Positions 1 to 9,148 of a DNA stretch of 64,000 nucleotides are shown here, piece after piece (within the stretch, counting starts at the first letter, position 1; each line of letters starts with the position of its first letter). This DNA comes from a virus, in the IMG/VR virus record IMGVR_UViG_3300046171_000197; one strand, 5' to 3'. Below the pieces are notes generated by a model. It was not told the origin of the DNA, searched no databases, and saw only the letters and a list, made by a program, of their open reading frames with translations. The translations under genes were made by a program, and so were the position numbers.

Positions 1-491
1 GATACAACGAAAGTTTTGTTAGTAAAGGTAGAGCATTAGGAGAACTCGGACATCCTGATGGTCCTACTGTAAACCTTGATCGTGTATCTCATAAGATTAC
101 TTCTCTTCGACAAGAAGGAAATAATTTTATTGGAAAGGCACAATTACTTTCTACACCTATGGGTAAGATTGCACAAAATCTTATTGGTGAAGGTGTAACT
201 CTTGGAGTATCTTCTCGTGGTGTTGGATCACTAAAAGAAGACCTTCATGGATGCAAAGTTGTAGGTGAAGATTTCATGTTAGCAACTGCTGCTGATATCG
301 TTGCCGATCCTTCTGCACCAGACGCATTTGTATCTGGAATTATGGAAGGAAAAGAGTGGATTTGGGAAGGAGGAATTCTTCGTGAACAACTCGCACAAAA
401 CACACAAAAGAGAATCAATACTCTTGTAGACCAAAGAAAATTAGAAGAACATAAGTTGAATCTATTCAACGATTTTCTCTCTAATCTCTAA
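1..491 (+). CDS. gp21: Prohead core protease gp21 (5'-truncated by window edge)
   Basis: Frame is open from base 3: RALGELGHPDGPTVNLDRVSH, GVSSRGVGSL and ADIVADPSAPDAFV are T4 gp21 motifs; lies before gp22/gp23. Confidence 0.95.
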   Translation, partial: YNESFVSKGRALGELGHPDGPTVNLDRVSHKITSLRQEGNNFIGKAQLLSTPMGKIAQNLIGEGVTLGVSSRGVGSLKEDLHGCKVVGEDFMLATAADIVADPSAPDAFVSGIMEGKEWIWEGGILREQLAQNTQKRINTLVDQRKLEEHKLNLFNDFLSNL

Positions 492-495
492 GATC

Positions 496-507
496 TATAA
501 ATAAATA
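496..507 (+). promoter_or_regulatory. T4-type late (gp55) promoter
   Basis: TATAAATAAATA upstream of gp22; similar (C/A)TAAATA motifs at about 3184, 5336, 33438, 36379, 39565, 60129, 61142, 62648. Confidence 0.75.
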
Positions 508-529
508 CAGATTATTAAATTTTAATAAC

Positions 530-1672
530 ATGTCCGTTGGTAGCAACAATTTACAAGAAATGGAAAACGTAGTAACTAAAGGTGCTGCTAAAGCTGATGC
601 AATGCCAGGTCTAACAGGAACAACTCCTGGTCAAACTGGTAGTGTTGAAGATTTAGGTGGCCCAACTCCACAAAATTATAAGTCCGATGATGATTCGGCA
701 AAACTAAAAACACCTGGCACAACTCTTAAGCAAGTTAAGGATATTGTCAACAAAGGTGCAAAACCCGCCGATCCAATGCCAGCAGGTATGAAGGAAGAGG
801 ATCAAGTTGAAGGTGACTTAGTTGCCGAAGACGAAGTGGTTACTGATGAAGTAGTTTCTGAAGAAGAAGCAACAACGGATGAAGTAGTTTCTGAAGAAGA
901 AACAACTACTGATGAAGTAGTAGAGGAAGAAGAAAAGATTGAGTATTCTGTCGAAGACGACATCAATGCTTTAATCGAAGGTGAAGAACTATCTGAATCC
1001 TTTAGAGAAAAAGCAGCAACTATTTTTGAAGCTGCAATTAATTCCAAAGTAAAAGGAATTAAAGAGGAGTTAACTGCTTCCTACGAAGAAAAACTCGTAG
1101 AAGAAGTTGCTTCAATTAAAGAAGAATTAAAAGACCGTGTTGACTCATACCTTGAGTATGTTGCCGACGAATGGATTGCAGAAAATCAACTTGCAGTCGA
1201 GTCTGGTCTTAAAGAAGAAATGACTGAATCATTCATATCTGGAATGAAGAGTCTATTTGAAGAACATTATGTAACAATCCCTGAAGAAAAATACGATGTC
1301 ATCGAGAGCATGGTAGATAAACTTGATGAAATGGAAGGTAAACTCAACGAGCAAATCGATAAGAACGTTGCTCTAAATAAGAGATTAGCCGAATCGGTAT
1401 CCGATGTAGTATTTGCAGAAGTAACTGAGGGACTTGCCCAAACACAAAAGGACAAGTTGGCTGGTTTAGTAGACAATGTTGAGTTTGAAAGTGAAACAGC
1501 ATACCGTGAGAAGCTAGAAACGTTGAAGGAATCTTATTTCCCAACAAAAGTAGCTCAAAGAAACACAACAGAGAATCTAACAGAAGAGACAGGTTCCACA
1601 GACTACACTTCTAGTGTTAGTCCATCTATGGAAGCATATCTTAAGACTCTGACTAGAGTTTCTAAAAAATGA
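530..1672 (+). CDS. gp22: Prohead core scaffold protein gp22
   Basis: Very acidic; LSESFREKAATIFEAA and VDSYLEYVADEW motifs; between gp21 and gp23. Confidence 0.93.
   Translation: MSVGSNNLQEMENVVTKGAAKADAMPGLTGTTPGQTGSVEDLGGPTPQNYKSDDDSAKLKTPGTTLKQVKDIVNKGAKPADPMPAGMKEEDQVEGDLVAEDEVVTDEVVSEEEATTDEVVSEEETTTDEVVEEEEKIEYSVEDDINALIEGEELSESFREKAATIFEAAINSKVKGIKEELTASYEEKLVEEVASIKEELKDRVDSYLEYVADEWIAENQLAVESGLKEEMTESFISGMKSLFEEHYVTIPEEKYDVIESMVDKLDEMEGKLNEQIDKNVALNKRLAESVSDVVFAEVTEGLAQTQKDKLAGLVDNVEFESETAYREKLETLKESYFPTKVAQRNTTENLTEETGSTDYTSSVSPSMEAYLKTLTRVSKK
845..934 (+). repeat. 33-bp coding tandem repeat (DEVVSEEE[A/T]TT, about 2.7 copies) in gp22
   Basis: gatgaagtagtttctgaagaagaa at 845 and 878; variant copy at 911. 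Confidence 0.85.
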
Positions 1673-1719
1673 TTTTTATATCATAAATTCAAACTAAACT
1701 TTAAAAAAGGAAAATTTCA

Positions 1720-3129
1720 ATGCAAGCCCCAATTAATACAGAGGCTTTACAAGAGAAATGGGGACCACTACTAAACGCAGAAGGACAGGATAAAATATCT
1801 GACCCTCATCGTAGAATGGTTACAGCAGTTCTCTTGGAAAACCAAGAAAAAGCATTAAGAGAAGAGAGGGAGTTCTTAACAGAGCAACCTACAATGAATA
1901 CAGATCCAGGTGGAACAGGTAATCCTGGTTTTAGTGGATCTGCAGCATCACCAGTCGCAGGTTTCGACCCTGTTCTAATCTCATTGATTAGAAGAGCAAT
2001 GCCTAATTTAGTGGCATACGACCTTGCTGGTGTACAACCAATGAATGGTCCAACAGGACTTATATTCGCAATGAGATCTCGTCTTGAAGGTCCATCTGGA
2101 GATGAGACATTCTACAACGAGGTAGATTCAGCATTCTCTGGACAGAATGAAGGAAGAACTAATACTGGCGGCATGGTTGACGCACAGGTTGGTTTAGGTA
2201 CAACTGCACAGTCAGGTAACAATCCAAGTCTTCTTGACCCATCTGCTACTGGTACTAGTGTACAGTCTAAGGCATACAACGTCGGTCAGGGTATGTCCAC
2301 ATCCGAGTCAGAAGCACTCGATGGTACAGGTGCAGCAGCATTCCATCAGATGGCATTCTCAATCGAGAAAGTCACTGTTACTGCGAAGTCTAGAGCACTA
2401 AAAGCAGAGTACAGTTTAGAACTTGCTCAAGACCTTAAAGCAATCCACGGATTGAATGCAGAGGCTGAGTTAGCAAACATTCTATCAACTGAGATTCTTG
2501 CTGAGATCAACAGAGAAGTTATTAGAACAATCTATAACGTTGCAGAACCAGGTGCTGCTGTCAATACAGCAACAAGTGGTACTTTCGACTTAGACGTTGA
2601 CTCAAACGGAAGATGGTCTGTTGAGAAGTTCAAAGGTTTGATCTTCCAGATCGAAAGAGATGCTAACGCAATCGCACAAAGAACTCGTCGTGGAAAGGGC
2701 AACATGATCCTATGTTCCGCAGACGTTGCTTCAGCATTAACAATGGCAGGTGTACTTGATTACACTCCAGCACTTAATGCAAACTTAAATGTAGATGACA
2801 CAGGTAATACATTTGCTGGTGTTCTTGCAGGTAAGTTCAGAGTCTACATTGACCCATATGCTGCAAACGTTGCTGCTTCACAGTACTACGTTGCAGGTTA
2901 TAAAGGTACTTCACCTTATGACGCAGGTATATTCTACTGCCCATATGTTCCATTACAGATGGTAAGAAGTGTCGGAGCAGACAACTTCCAACCAAAAATT
3001 GGATTTAAGACTCGTTACGGAATCGTTGCAAACCCATTCGCAAAGGGTGCAACACTCACCACTCCTGGTGTACTTTCACGTAACAGTAACGTATACTACA
3101 GAAGAGTTAAGGTTGCAAACCTAATGTAA
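1720..3129 (+). CDS. gp23: Major capsid protein gp23
   Basis: AGFDPVLISLIRRAMPNLVAYDLAGVQPMNGPTGLIFAMRSR, KSRALKAEYSLELAQDLKAIHGL, FQPKIGFKTRYG. Confidence 0.99.
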   Translation: MQAPINTEALQEKWGPLLNAEGQDKISDPHRRMVTAVLLENQEKALREEREFLTEQPTMNTDPGGTGNPGFSGSAASPVAGFDPVLISLIRRAMPNLVAYDLAGVQPMNGPTGLIFAMRSRLEGPSGDETFYNEVDSAFSGQNEGRTNTGGMVDAQVGLGTTAQSGNNPSLLDPSATGTSVQSKAYNVGQGMSTSESEALDGTGAAAFHQMAFSIEKVTVTAKSRALKAEYSLELAQDLKAIHGLNAEAELANILSTEILAEINREVIRTIYNVAEPGAAVNTATSGTFDLDVDSNGRWSVEKFKGLIFQIERDANAIAQRTRRGKGNMILCSADVASALTMAGVLDYTPALNANLNVDDTGNTFAGVLAGKFRVYIDPYAANVAASQYYVAGYKGTSPYDAGIFYCPYVPLQMVRSVGADNFQPKIGFKTRYGIVANPFAKGATLTTPGVLSRNSNVYYRRVKVANLM

Positions 3130-3151
3130 TTCAGATATTACATATCTTTTC

Positions 3152-3181
3152 AAAGAGATTCCTTCGGGAGTCTCTTTTTTT
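3152..3181 (+). terminator. Rho-independent terminator after gp23
   Basis: aaagagattcc-TTCG-ggagtctcttt followed by a T run (C-UUCG-G tetraloop). Confidence 0.92.
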
Positions 3182-3211
3182 GTCTAAATACATATAAAGC
3201 TAAAACTACCG

Positions 3212-3370
3212 ATGAAAGCAAGTCCAAGAGAAACTCAACAGGCTCATCAAAATTATAAGAAGGTTTCTGAGCATTTAATCCGTGAAGGATATGCACCAAA
3301 TCAAGAATCTGCTGATGATATAATTAAGGGTATGAGTGAAGAGTGGTTTAATTTAATTATAGAAGAGTGA
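3212..3370 (+). CDS. Small hypothetical protein (52 aa), below ORF-track cutoff
   Basis: MKASPRETQQAHQNYKKVSEHLIREGYAPNQESADDIIKGMSEEWFNLIIEE after a CTAAATA late promoter; stop overlaps next GTG. Confidence 0.75.
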   Translation: MKASPRETQQAHQNYKKVSEHLIREGYAPNQESADDIIKGMSEEWFNLIIEE

Positions 3371-3918
3371 AAAAGTTTGGTCAGTTTCTAAAAGAAGCTC
3401 CCACAATGAATACAGATCCATCTGGAACAGGTAATACTGGTTTCAGTGGTTCTGCATCATCACCAGTAGCAGGGTTTGATAAAACCCTATGGAATTATAT
3501 GGTGACTAATGCTTATCAGTCACCTATGGATTTAAGTTACAGGTGGTCTAATATATTTCCTGTTAAAAAATTGTCTCTTGAAGATATAGATAATATGGTT
3601 GACGCATCTAACGAATTTATAAACGTAATGAATAAAAGCACATTAACAAAAAGAACTTTTAAAGAGTTTAATGAACTGACAGAATCAAAGAAATGTCCTG
3701 CTGGAAAATACTATTGTTTTACTGATAAGAAATGTAAGAAGATTCCAGGCGGATATCGAATCGGATATGGTGGACGTTTAGCACCAGATCCAGAAAATGA
3801 AAAGAAAAATGGTAATGGCAACGGAAATGGAAATGGAAATGGAAATGGTAATGGTAACGGAAATGGCAATGGTAATGGTGGAGGAAACGGTGGCGGTGAT
3901 GGAGGAGGCGGTGAATAA
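3367..3918 (+). CDS. Probable head-internal protein with capsid-targeting leader, copy of the gp23 N-arm, Cys motif and Gly-Asn tail
   Basis: MKKFGQFLKE leader; APTMNTDPSGTGNTGFSGSASSPVAGFD matches gp23; CPAGKYYCFTDKKC; (NG)n tail. Confidence 0.8.
   Translation: MKKFGQFLKEAPTMNTDPSGTGNTGFSGSASSPVAGFDKTLWNYMVTNAYQSPMDLSYRWSNIFPVKKLSLEDIDNMVDASNEFINVMNKSTLTKRTFKEFNELTESKKCPAGKYYCFTDKKCKKIPGGYRIGYGGRLAPDPENEKKNGNGNGNGNGNGNGNGNGNGNGNGGGNGGGDGGGGE
3808..3912 (+). repeat. Low-complexity Asn-Gly/Gly coding repeat
   Basis: Degenerate 6-bp aatggN repeat encoding NGNGNG...GGG. Confidence 0.85.
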
Positions 3919-4469
3919 TGACTAGTTCACCATTCCGAAATCAAATACAAAATCGCAATTTTCTTGCACCTGTTGGATTTAAATTTACCTTGGCAAAATA
4001 TCCAAAGGTTGATTTTTTCTCAAACTCTGCTAGAATACCAGAGATAACACTTGGAACTGCTATTCAACCATCTTATCTAAAAGATATTGATATACCAGGA
4101 GAAAAACTAACGTTTGGAGATCTTAATATAAGATTTCTTGTTGATGAAAATATGGAAAACTACATGGCAGTACATAACTGGTTAAAAGGTGTAGGTTTCC
4201 CTGAGACACCTCAACAATTTAAAGATCAAACTACTGATTCTGATGGTTTAAGAGATGAAAAAGAAGTTTTTAGTGACGGTAGTTTACATATTTTGAATAG
4301 TAATTTTCAAGATGTTGCGATTGTAAAATTCAATGATTTATTCCCAGTAGGACTTACTTCATTAGAATTTGATGCAACAGAAACAGATATAAACTACTTT
4401 ACAGCAGAGGCAACTATGCGTTATACTGTATATAATATATTCGATAAGGATGGTAGAACCCGTTTATGA
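3918..4469 (+). CDS. gp3: Tail completion / sheath stabiliser gp3
   Basis: NFLAPVGFKF, IPGEKLTFGDLNIRFLVDENMENY motifs; gp23-gp3-uvsY synteny. Confidence 0.88.
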   Translation: MTSSPFRNQIQNRNFLAPVGFKFTLAKYPKVDFFSNSARIPEITLGTAIQPSYLKDIDIPGEKLTFGDLNIRFLVDENMENYMAVHNWLKGVGFPETPQQFKDQTTDSDGLRDEKEVFSDGSLHILNSNFQDVAIVKFNDLFPVGLTSLEFDATETDINYFTAEATMRYTVYNIFDKDGRTRL

Positions 4470-4894
4470 ATCTTGACAAAATTCAGGAGATGTGGGAGCG
4501 TGATGCGAACATTGACCCTGATAATCTACATAATGAATCTTTAAAAATACCTCAACTTCACTCAAAGTATTATACAGTCTATAATACTATTTCGTTATTA
4601 AGAGAGAAGGCAAGAGAGTCATATAATCGTATTCGTTTAGAAAGATATAACTACTACACAGGAAAAGCACCTGCAGAGGTATATGCAGAAGACCCATTTC
4701 CGTATAAGGTTAGGGAGAAAGACGCAATACAGAGGCATATGGAGGCAGATGAGAAGTTAAATGTAATTGACATGAAGATAAAGTATTATGATGTCACACT
4801 TAAATTTCTTGAAGAGATAATTCGTAATATCTCAGGTCGTACATATCAAATTAAAAATGCCATCGAATGGCAGAAGTTTCAATCAGGATTCTAA
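4466..4894 (+). CDS. uvsY: Recombination mediator UvsY
   Basis: ESLKIPQLHSKY; RTYQIKNAIEWQKF C-terminus. Confidence 0.9.
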   Translation: MNLDKIQEMWERDANIDPDNLHNESLKIPQLHSKYYTVYNTISLLREKARESYNRIRLERYNYYTGKAPAEVYAEDPFPYKVREKDAIQRHMEADEKLNVIDMKIKYYDVTLKFLEEIIRNISGRTYQIKNAIEWQKFQSGF

Positions 4895-5335
4895 TGATAA
4901 GAGAACTAGTAGAACCAAAACATCAATTATTTCATCATCGAATTAATTCTTGTAGTTATAATTTAGATAGAAATTTTTTATCTAAAACATTAGTAGATAA
5001 TATGATCCATTATAATGGTATTGGTTTATCTGCAAATCAAATTGGCATCTGGGAAAGAGCATTTGTAATGGTAAGAGATTTAGAACATAACGAAGTAATG
5101 GTATGTTTTAATCCTCGCATTATCAAGTCATATACCGAAGAAGTTGAAATGGAAGAAGGTTGTCTATCCTATCCAGATCTTTTCTTAAAGGTTAAAAGAC
5201 CAGATAAGATTGTTGTAAAATATGAAGATGAGAATAAAAAAACTCACAAAGATGAAGTTGGAAGGACTTGCATCTAGAGTGTTTCAACACGAATACGACC
5301 ATATGGAAGGTATCGATTTCACTCAAAGAACCTAG
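4894..5335 (+). CDS. def: Peptide deformylase (apparent +1 indel near 5250)
   Basis: GIGLSANQIG and EEGCLS in frame 1; QHEYDHMEG (HExxH) continues in another frame to TAG 5333-5335. Confidence 0.9.
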
Positions 5336-5363
5336 TATAAATAACTGAAATGATGGAGATGTT

Positions 5364-6827
5364 ATGTCTCATTTGGTTATTTCTAAGAAGAATGAAATCT
5401 TCCTAAAGATTGAGGCAGAGCCACACGTATATTATGAATTATCAGACAGTTTCACGTTTGAAGTGCCTGGTGTAAAGTATATGCCACAATACCAAAAGAA
5501 GTATTGGGACGGAAAGATAAGGTTATTTAATACTCAGAAAGGAGAAATATATGTAGGATTATTAGATCGAGTAATCCAATTTTGTAGAGATCACGGTTAT
5601 AATTATTCATTTACAGACAGCGAGTTCTATGGACTTCCATTTGAAGTAAACGACTTCATATCAATGGAGGGTGTAAAAGATTATATGAATTCTATTTGCA
5701 AGTTCAAACCACGTTCTTATCAAGTAGAGGGAGTATACGACGCTCTAAGACATAATAGAAAGTTGTTGATATCCCCAACTGCTTCGGGTAAATCGTTGAT
5801 GATATACTCGATTGTTCGATATTTTGTTGAGAAAGGGAAAAATACTCTGATAATCGTTCCGACGACCTCGTTAGTAGAACAGATGTATAAAGATTTTGCA
5901 GACTATGGTTGGGACGTAGGTTCATTTTGCCACAAGATATACGCAGGAAAAGAAAGAGAGACAGACTCTCAAGTCATTATTACTACTTGGCAATCAATCT
6001 ACAAACTTCCCCGAAAATATTTTGAGAGATTCTCTGTTGTGGTTGGGGACGAAGCTCACCAGTTTAAATCAAAATCACTAGTATCTATAATGACAAAACT
6101 TGCTGATGCCAAATATCGTTATGGTTTCACAGGAACTCTTGATGGATCACAAACACATAAGTGGGTTTTAGAGGGTTTATTTGGTCCTTCTTACAAGATT
6201 ATTAAGACCGAAGAGTTAATGAAGAAGGGACATGTAGCAACTTTGGACATCAATGTGTTGCTATTGAAACACTCACCGAATAAATTTGAAACATTTGAAG
6301 ATGAAATACAGTATATAATCGGTCATAATCGAAGAAATAACTTTATTAAAAATCTTGCCTTAGACTTAAATGGTAATACCCTGATATTATACAGTCGTGT
6401 TGAGGCACACGGACAACCATTATTTGATCTGATAAATACAAGTAAGACTGGTAATCGTCAAGTCTTCTTTGTTCATGGTGGTGTTGAAACTGAGGATAGA
6501 GAGAATATTCGGGCAATCACCGAACGTGAAAACAATGCTATAATAGTTGCATCATATGGAACTTTCTCCACAGGAATTAACATTAAAAACTTACACAACG
6601 TTATATTTGCTAGTCCTTCTAAATCGAGAGTTCGGAATCTTCAGTCTATTGGGAGAGTCTTAAGAAAGGGTGATCGTAAATTAAAAGCAACACTATATGA
6701 CATTGCTGACGATATAAGTTATAATAAGAGAAAGAACTACACACTTAATCATTTGATTGAAAGAATTAAAATCTACAATCAAGAAAATTTTAATTATGAT
6801 ATTGTAAACATACCTTTAAAAAACTGA
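5364..6827 (+). CDS. uvsW: SF2 helicase UvsW
   Basis: SPTASGKS, DEAH, GFTGT, QSIGRVLR motifs. Confidence 0.95.
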   Translation: MSHLVISKKNEIFLKIEAEPHVYYELSDSFTFEVPGVKYMPQYQKKYWDGKIRLFNTQKGEIYVGLLDRVIQFCRDHGYNYSFTDSEFYGLPFEVNDFISMEGVKDYMNSICKFKPRSYQVEGVYDALRHNRKLLISPTASGKSLMIYSIVRYFVEKGKNTLIIVPTTSLVEQMYKDFADYGWDVGSFCHKIYAGKERETDSQVIITTWQSIYKLPRKYFERFSVVVGDEAHQFKSKSLVSIMTKLADAKYRYGFTGTLDGSQTHKWVLEGLFGPSYKIIKTEELMKKGHVATLDINVLLLKHSPNKFETFEDEIQYIIGHNRRNNFIKNLALDLNGNTLILYSRVEAHGQPLFDLINTSKTGNRQVFFVHGGVETEDRENIRAITERENNAIIVASYGTFSTGINIKNLHNVIFASPSKSRVRNLQSIGRVLRKGDRKLKATLYDIADDISYNKRKNYTLNHLIERIKIYNQENFNYDIVNIPLKN

Positions 6828-7252
6828 TGGGAGAAGAATTCGTAGCTGTAATTAAATTGGTTTCTGGAGAAGAAATCCTCGCATCGGTTTGCGTTGACGA
6901 AACTGGTGAAGAACCAATTATTATTGCTCACACTCCTGTTACTATGAAAATGATTAGTAATGGAATGTATGTGAAGATCAAACCTTGGATGGAATTAGCA
7001 GATGATGATATGTTTATATTCAGAACAGATAAAATTATTACAATGAGTGAAGTTAAGGATCAAAAAGTAATTAAATTATATGAAAGATATGTTGAAGAAT
7101 CAAATGAAGAAGATGATATGACTAAACTCTTACCTTCTAGTGGTGAAGTAAAACCTGATGAAAAAATGGGATATATCTCTAGTGTTGAAGAGGCTCGTAA
7201 GAGTCTTGAAGAAGTTTGGAAGAAGCCCTTTAAGAATAATAAAGAAGGCTAG
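6827..7252 (+). CDS. Conserved T4-like hypothetical protein (Sm-like beta fold likely)
   Basis: IKLVSGEEI and KPWM pattern; usual position between uvsW and gp55. Confidence 0.7.
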   Translation: MGEEFVAVIKLVSGEEILASVCVDETGEEPIIIAHTPVTMKMISNGMYVKIKPWMELADDDMFIFRTDKIITMSEVKDQKVIKLYERYVEESNEEDDMTKLLPSSGEVKPDEKMGYISSVEEARKSLEEVWKKPFKNNKEG

Positions 7253-7279
7253 TTTTGTCCCTTGAACCCTTACAGAGTT

Positions 7280-7329
7280 ATTGTACACATATTTGAATGA
7301 CTTGTCAAGTACTGAAAGTATGTTATAAT
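7280..7329. promoter_or_regulatory. Bidirectional sigma70-like promoter upstream of gp55
   Basis: Plus: TTGTCA(7302)-16-TATAAT(7324). Minus: TTGACA(7308-7303)-17-TACAAT(7285-7280). Confidence 0.7.
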
Positions 7330-7355
7330 AGAATACAGATAGACGGAGACATTTA

Positions 7356-7835
7356 ATGCCTAGAAAGAAGTCTGAACATTATGTTAATAACAAACAACTC
7401 TTAGAGGCATTAATAGTGTATCGAGAGAAGGTTGCTAATGCGAAAGAGAATGATTTACCAAAACCAAGAATTACAAACTATCTTGGAGAATGCTTTTTAA
7501 AGATTGCCACACACTTATCATATAAACCAAACTTTGTAAACTATATGTTCCGTGATGATATGATATCTGACGGAATTGAGAACTGTGTACAGTATATTCA
7601 TAACTTTGATCCAGAGAAGTCAAGGAATCCATTTGCATACTTTACTCAGATTATTCATTACGCATTTCTAAGAAGTATACAAAAAGAGAAAAAACAATTG
7701 GATATTAAAACAAAGATTATAGAAAGAAGTGGATTTGATGAAGTGATGACTGTAGATGATAGTTCACTTGCTGGTAATAGTTCTGATTATAATACAATCA
7801 AAGATAATATCGTATACAAGTCAAGCAATAGATGA
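7356..7835 (+). CDS. gp55: Late-transcription sigma factor gp55
   Basis: HYVNNK, PNFVNYMFRDDMISDGIENC, NPFAYFTQI. Confidence 0.96.
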   Translation: MPRKKSEHYVNNKQLLEALIVYREKVANAKENDLPKPRITNYLGECFLKIATHLSYKPNFVNYMFRDDMISDGIENCVQYIHNFDPEKSRNPFAYFTQIIHYAFLRSIQKEKKQLDIKTKIIERSGFDEVMTVDDSSLAGNSSDYNTIKDNIVYKSSNR

Positions 7836-8866
7836 AGATTGCAATTATTACCGATACTCATTACGGTGCTAGAAAGGGTTCTAAGCATCTCCATGAATAT
7901 TTTGAAAAATTCTATAAAGATATATTCTTTCCTGAGTTAGAAAAGAATAATATTGATACTATCATTCATATGGGTGATATATTTGATAGTCGTAAATCAA
8001 TTGACTACTACAGTTTAGAGTGGTCGAAGAGAGTGATATTTGAACCGATGAAGAAGTATAAGGTTCACGCAATCACAGGAAACCATGATTGTTATTATAA
8101 GAATACAAATGAAATTAACTCACCTGAGTTATTATTAAAGGATTATCCTAATATCATAACCTACTCAAGTGCAGAGGAGATTGTATTAGATGGATTGCAG
8201 ATACTTCTCTTACCTTGGATTAATGTAGAAAATTATGATGAGAGTAAAAAAATGATTGATGAGTCCACCAGTAAAGTGGCAATGGGTCATTTAGAGATCA
8301 ATGGATTCAAGGCAACTCGTGGTCATATGATGGAAACTGGTATGAATACTGAGGTCTTTGATAAGTTTGATACAGTGTACTCAGGTCATTTTCATACTAG
8401 GTCTACAAATGGTAAGATTCACTATCTTGGTAATCCATATGAAATGTTTTGGAACGATGTGAATGATACCAGAGGTTTTCACTTCTTTGATACAGAAACT
8501 TGTATTCACACTCCAGTAAATAATCCATATCAGTTATTTCATAATGTTTATTATGAGATACTCCATATCAATTGTTTGATGCAACTCTATACAAGAGTAA
8601 AGATTGTAAAAGTTATTGTTCGTAAGAAATCAAATCCAAAAGAGTTTGAGAGATTTGTTGATAAGTTGTATAGTGCAGGTGTTGAAGACCTTAAGATCAT
8701 TGAAAACTTTGATATACAGGTTGGAGATGAGTTTGATATTGATGAAGATGAAAATACACTTTCAATTTTAAATAGATATATTGATGACAGTGACTTTGAA
8801 TACGACAAAAATATTATCAAAAACATTTTTAAGGATCTCTATAGACAAGCTTGCGAGGTAGAGTAG
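7832..8866 (+). CDS. gp47: Recombination endonuclease gp47 (Mre11/SbcD-like)
   Basis: DTHYG, MGD, GNHD, SGHFH phosphoesterase motifs; two compensating indels near 8557 and 8600. Confidence 0.95.
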   Translation: MKIAIITDTHYGARKGSKHLHEYFEKFYKDIFFPELEKNNIDTIIHMGDIFDSRKSIDYYSLEWSKRVIFEPMKKYKVHAITGNHDCYYKNTNEINSPELLLKDYPNIITYSSAEEIVLDGLQILLLPWINVENYDESKKMIDESTSKVAMGHLEINGFKATRGHMMETGMNTEVFDKFDTVYSGHFHTRSTNGKIHYLGNPYEMFWNDVNDTRGFHFFDTETCIHTPVNNPYQLFHNVYYEILHINCLMQLYTRVKIVKVIVRKKSNPKEFERFVDKLYSAGVEDLKIIENFDIQVGDEFDIDEDENTLSILNRYIDDSDFEYDKNIIKNIFKDLYRQACEVE

Positions 8867-9148
8867 TGTATCTACTTACATTAAAAACTAGAAAAGAAGA
8901 CGGTGCCTTATGCTGTACAGGATAGGCATGGAGATAAAGTGTTATTTCTTTTTGAAGAGGAGGACGATGCTGAAAGATATGCTATGATGTTAGAAGACGA
9001 TGAGCAATATCAAAAAAAGATGGCTGTCATAGAAGTTGATGATGAGCTTGCCATAAAGACCTGTAGGATGTATAATTATAAGTATACTGTGATTACACCC
9101 GACGATTTCGTAATACCCCCTAAGAATGATAACCTTTCAAAAGATTAG
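8866..9148 (+). CDS. Conserved cyanophage hypothetical protein (apparent indel near 8908)
   Basis: GTG 8866 MYLLTLKTRKEDGA joins YAVQDRHGDKVLFLFEEEDDAERYA after removing one T. Confidence 0.65.

Noticed and set aside
3808-3912. Repeats as a CRISPR array or DGR template/variable pair
   Set aside because: All repeats are in-frame coding repeats; no spacers, cas genes or reverse transcriptase; the gp23 copy differs mostly at synonymous positions, not specifically at adenines
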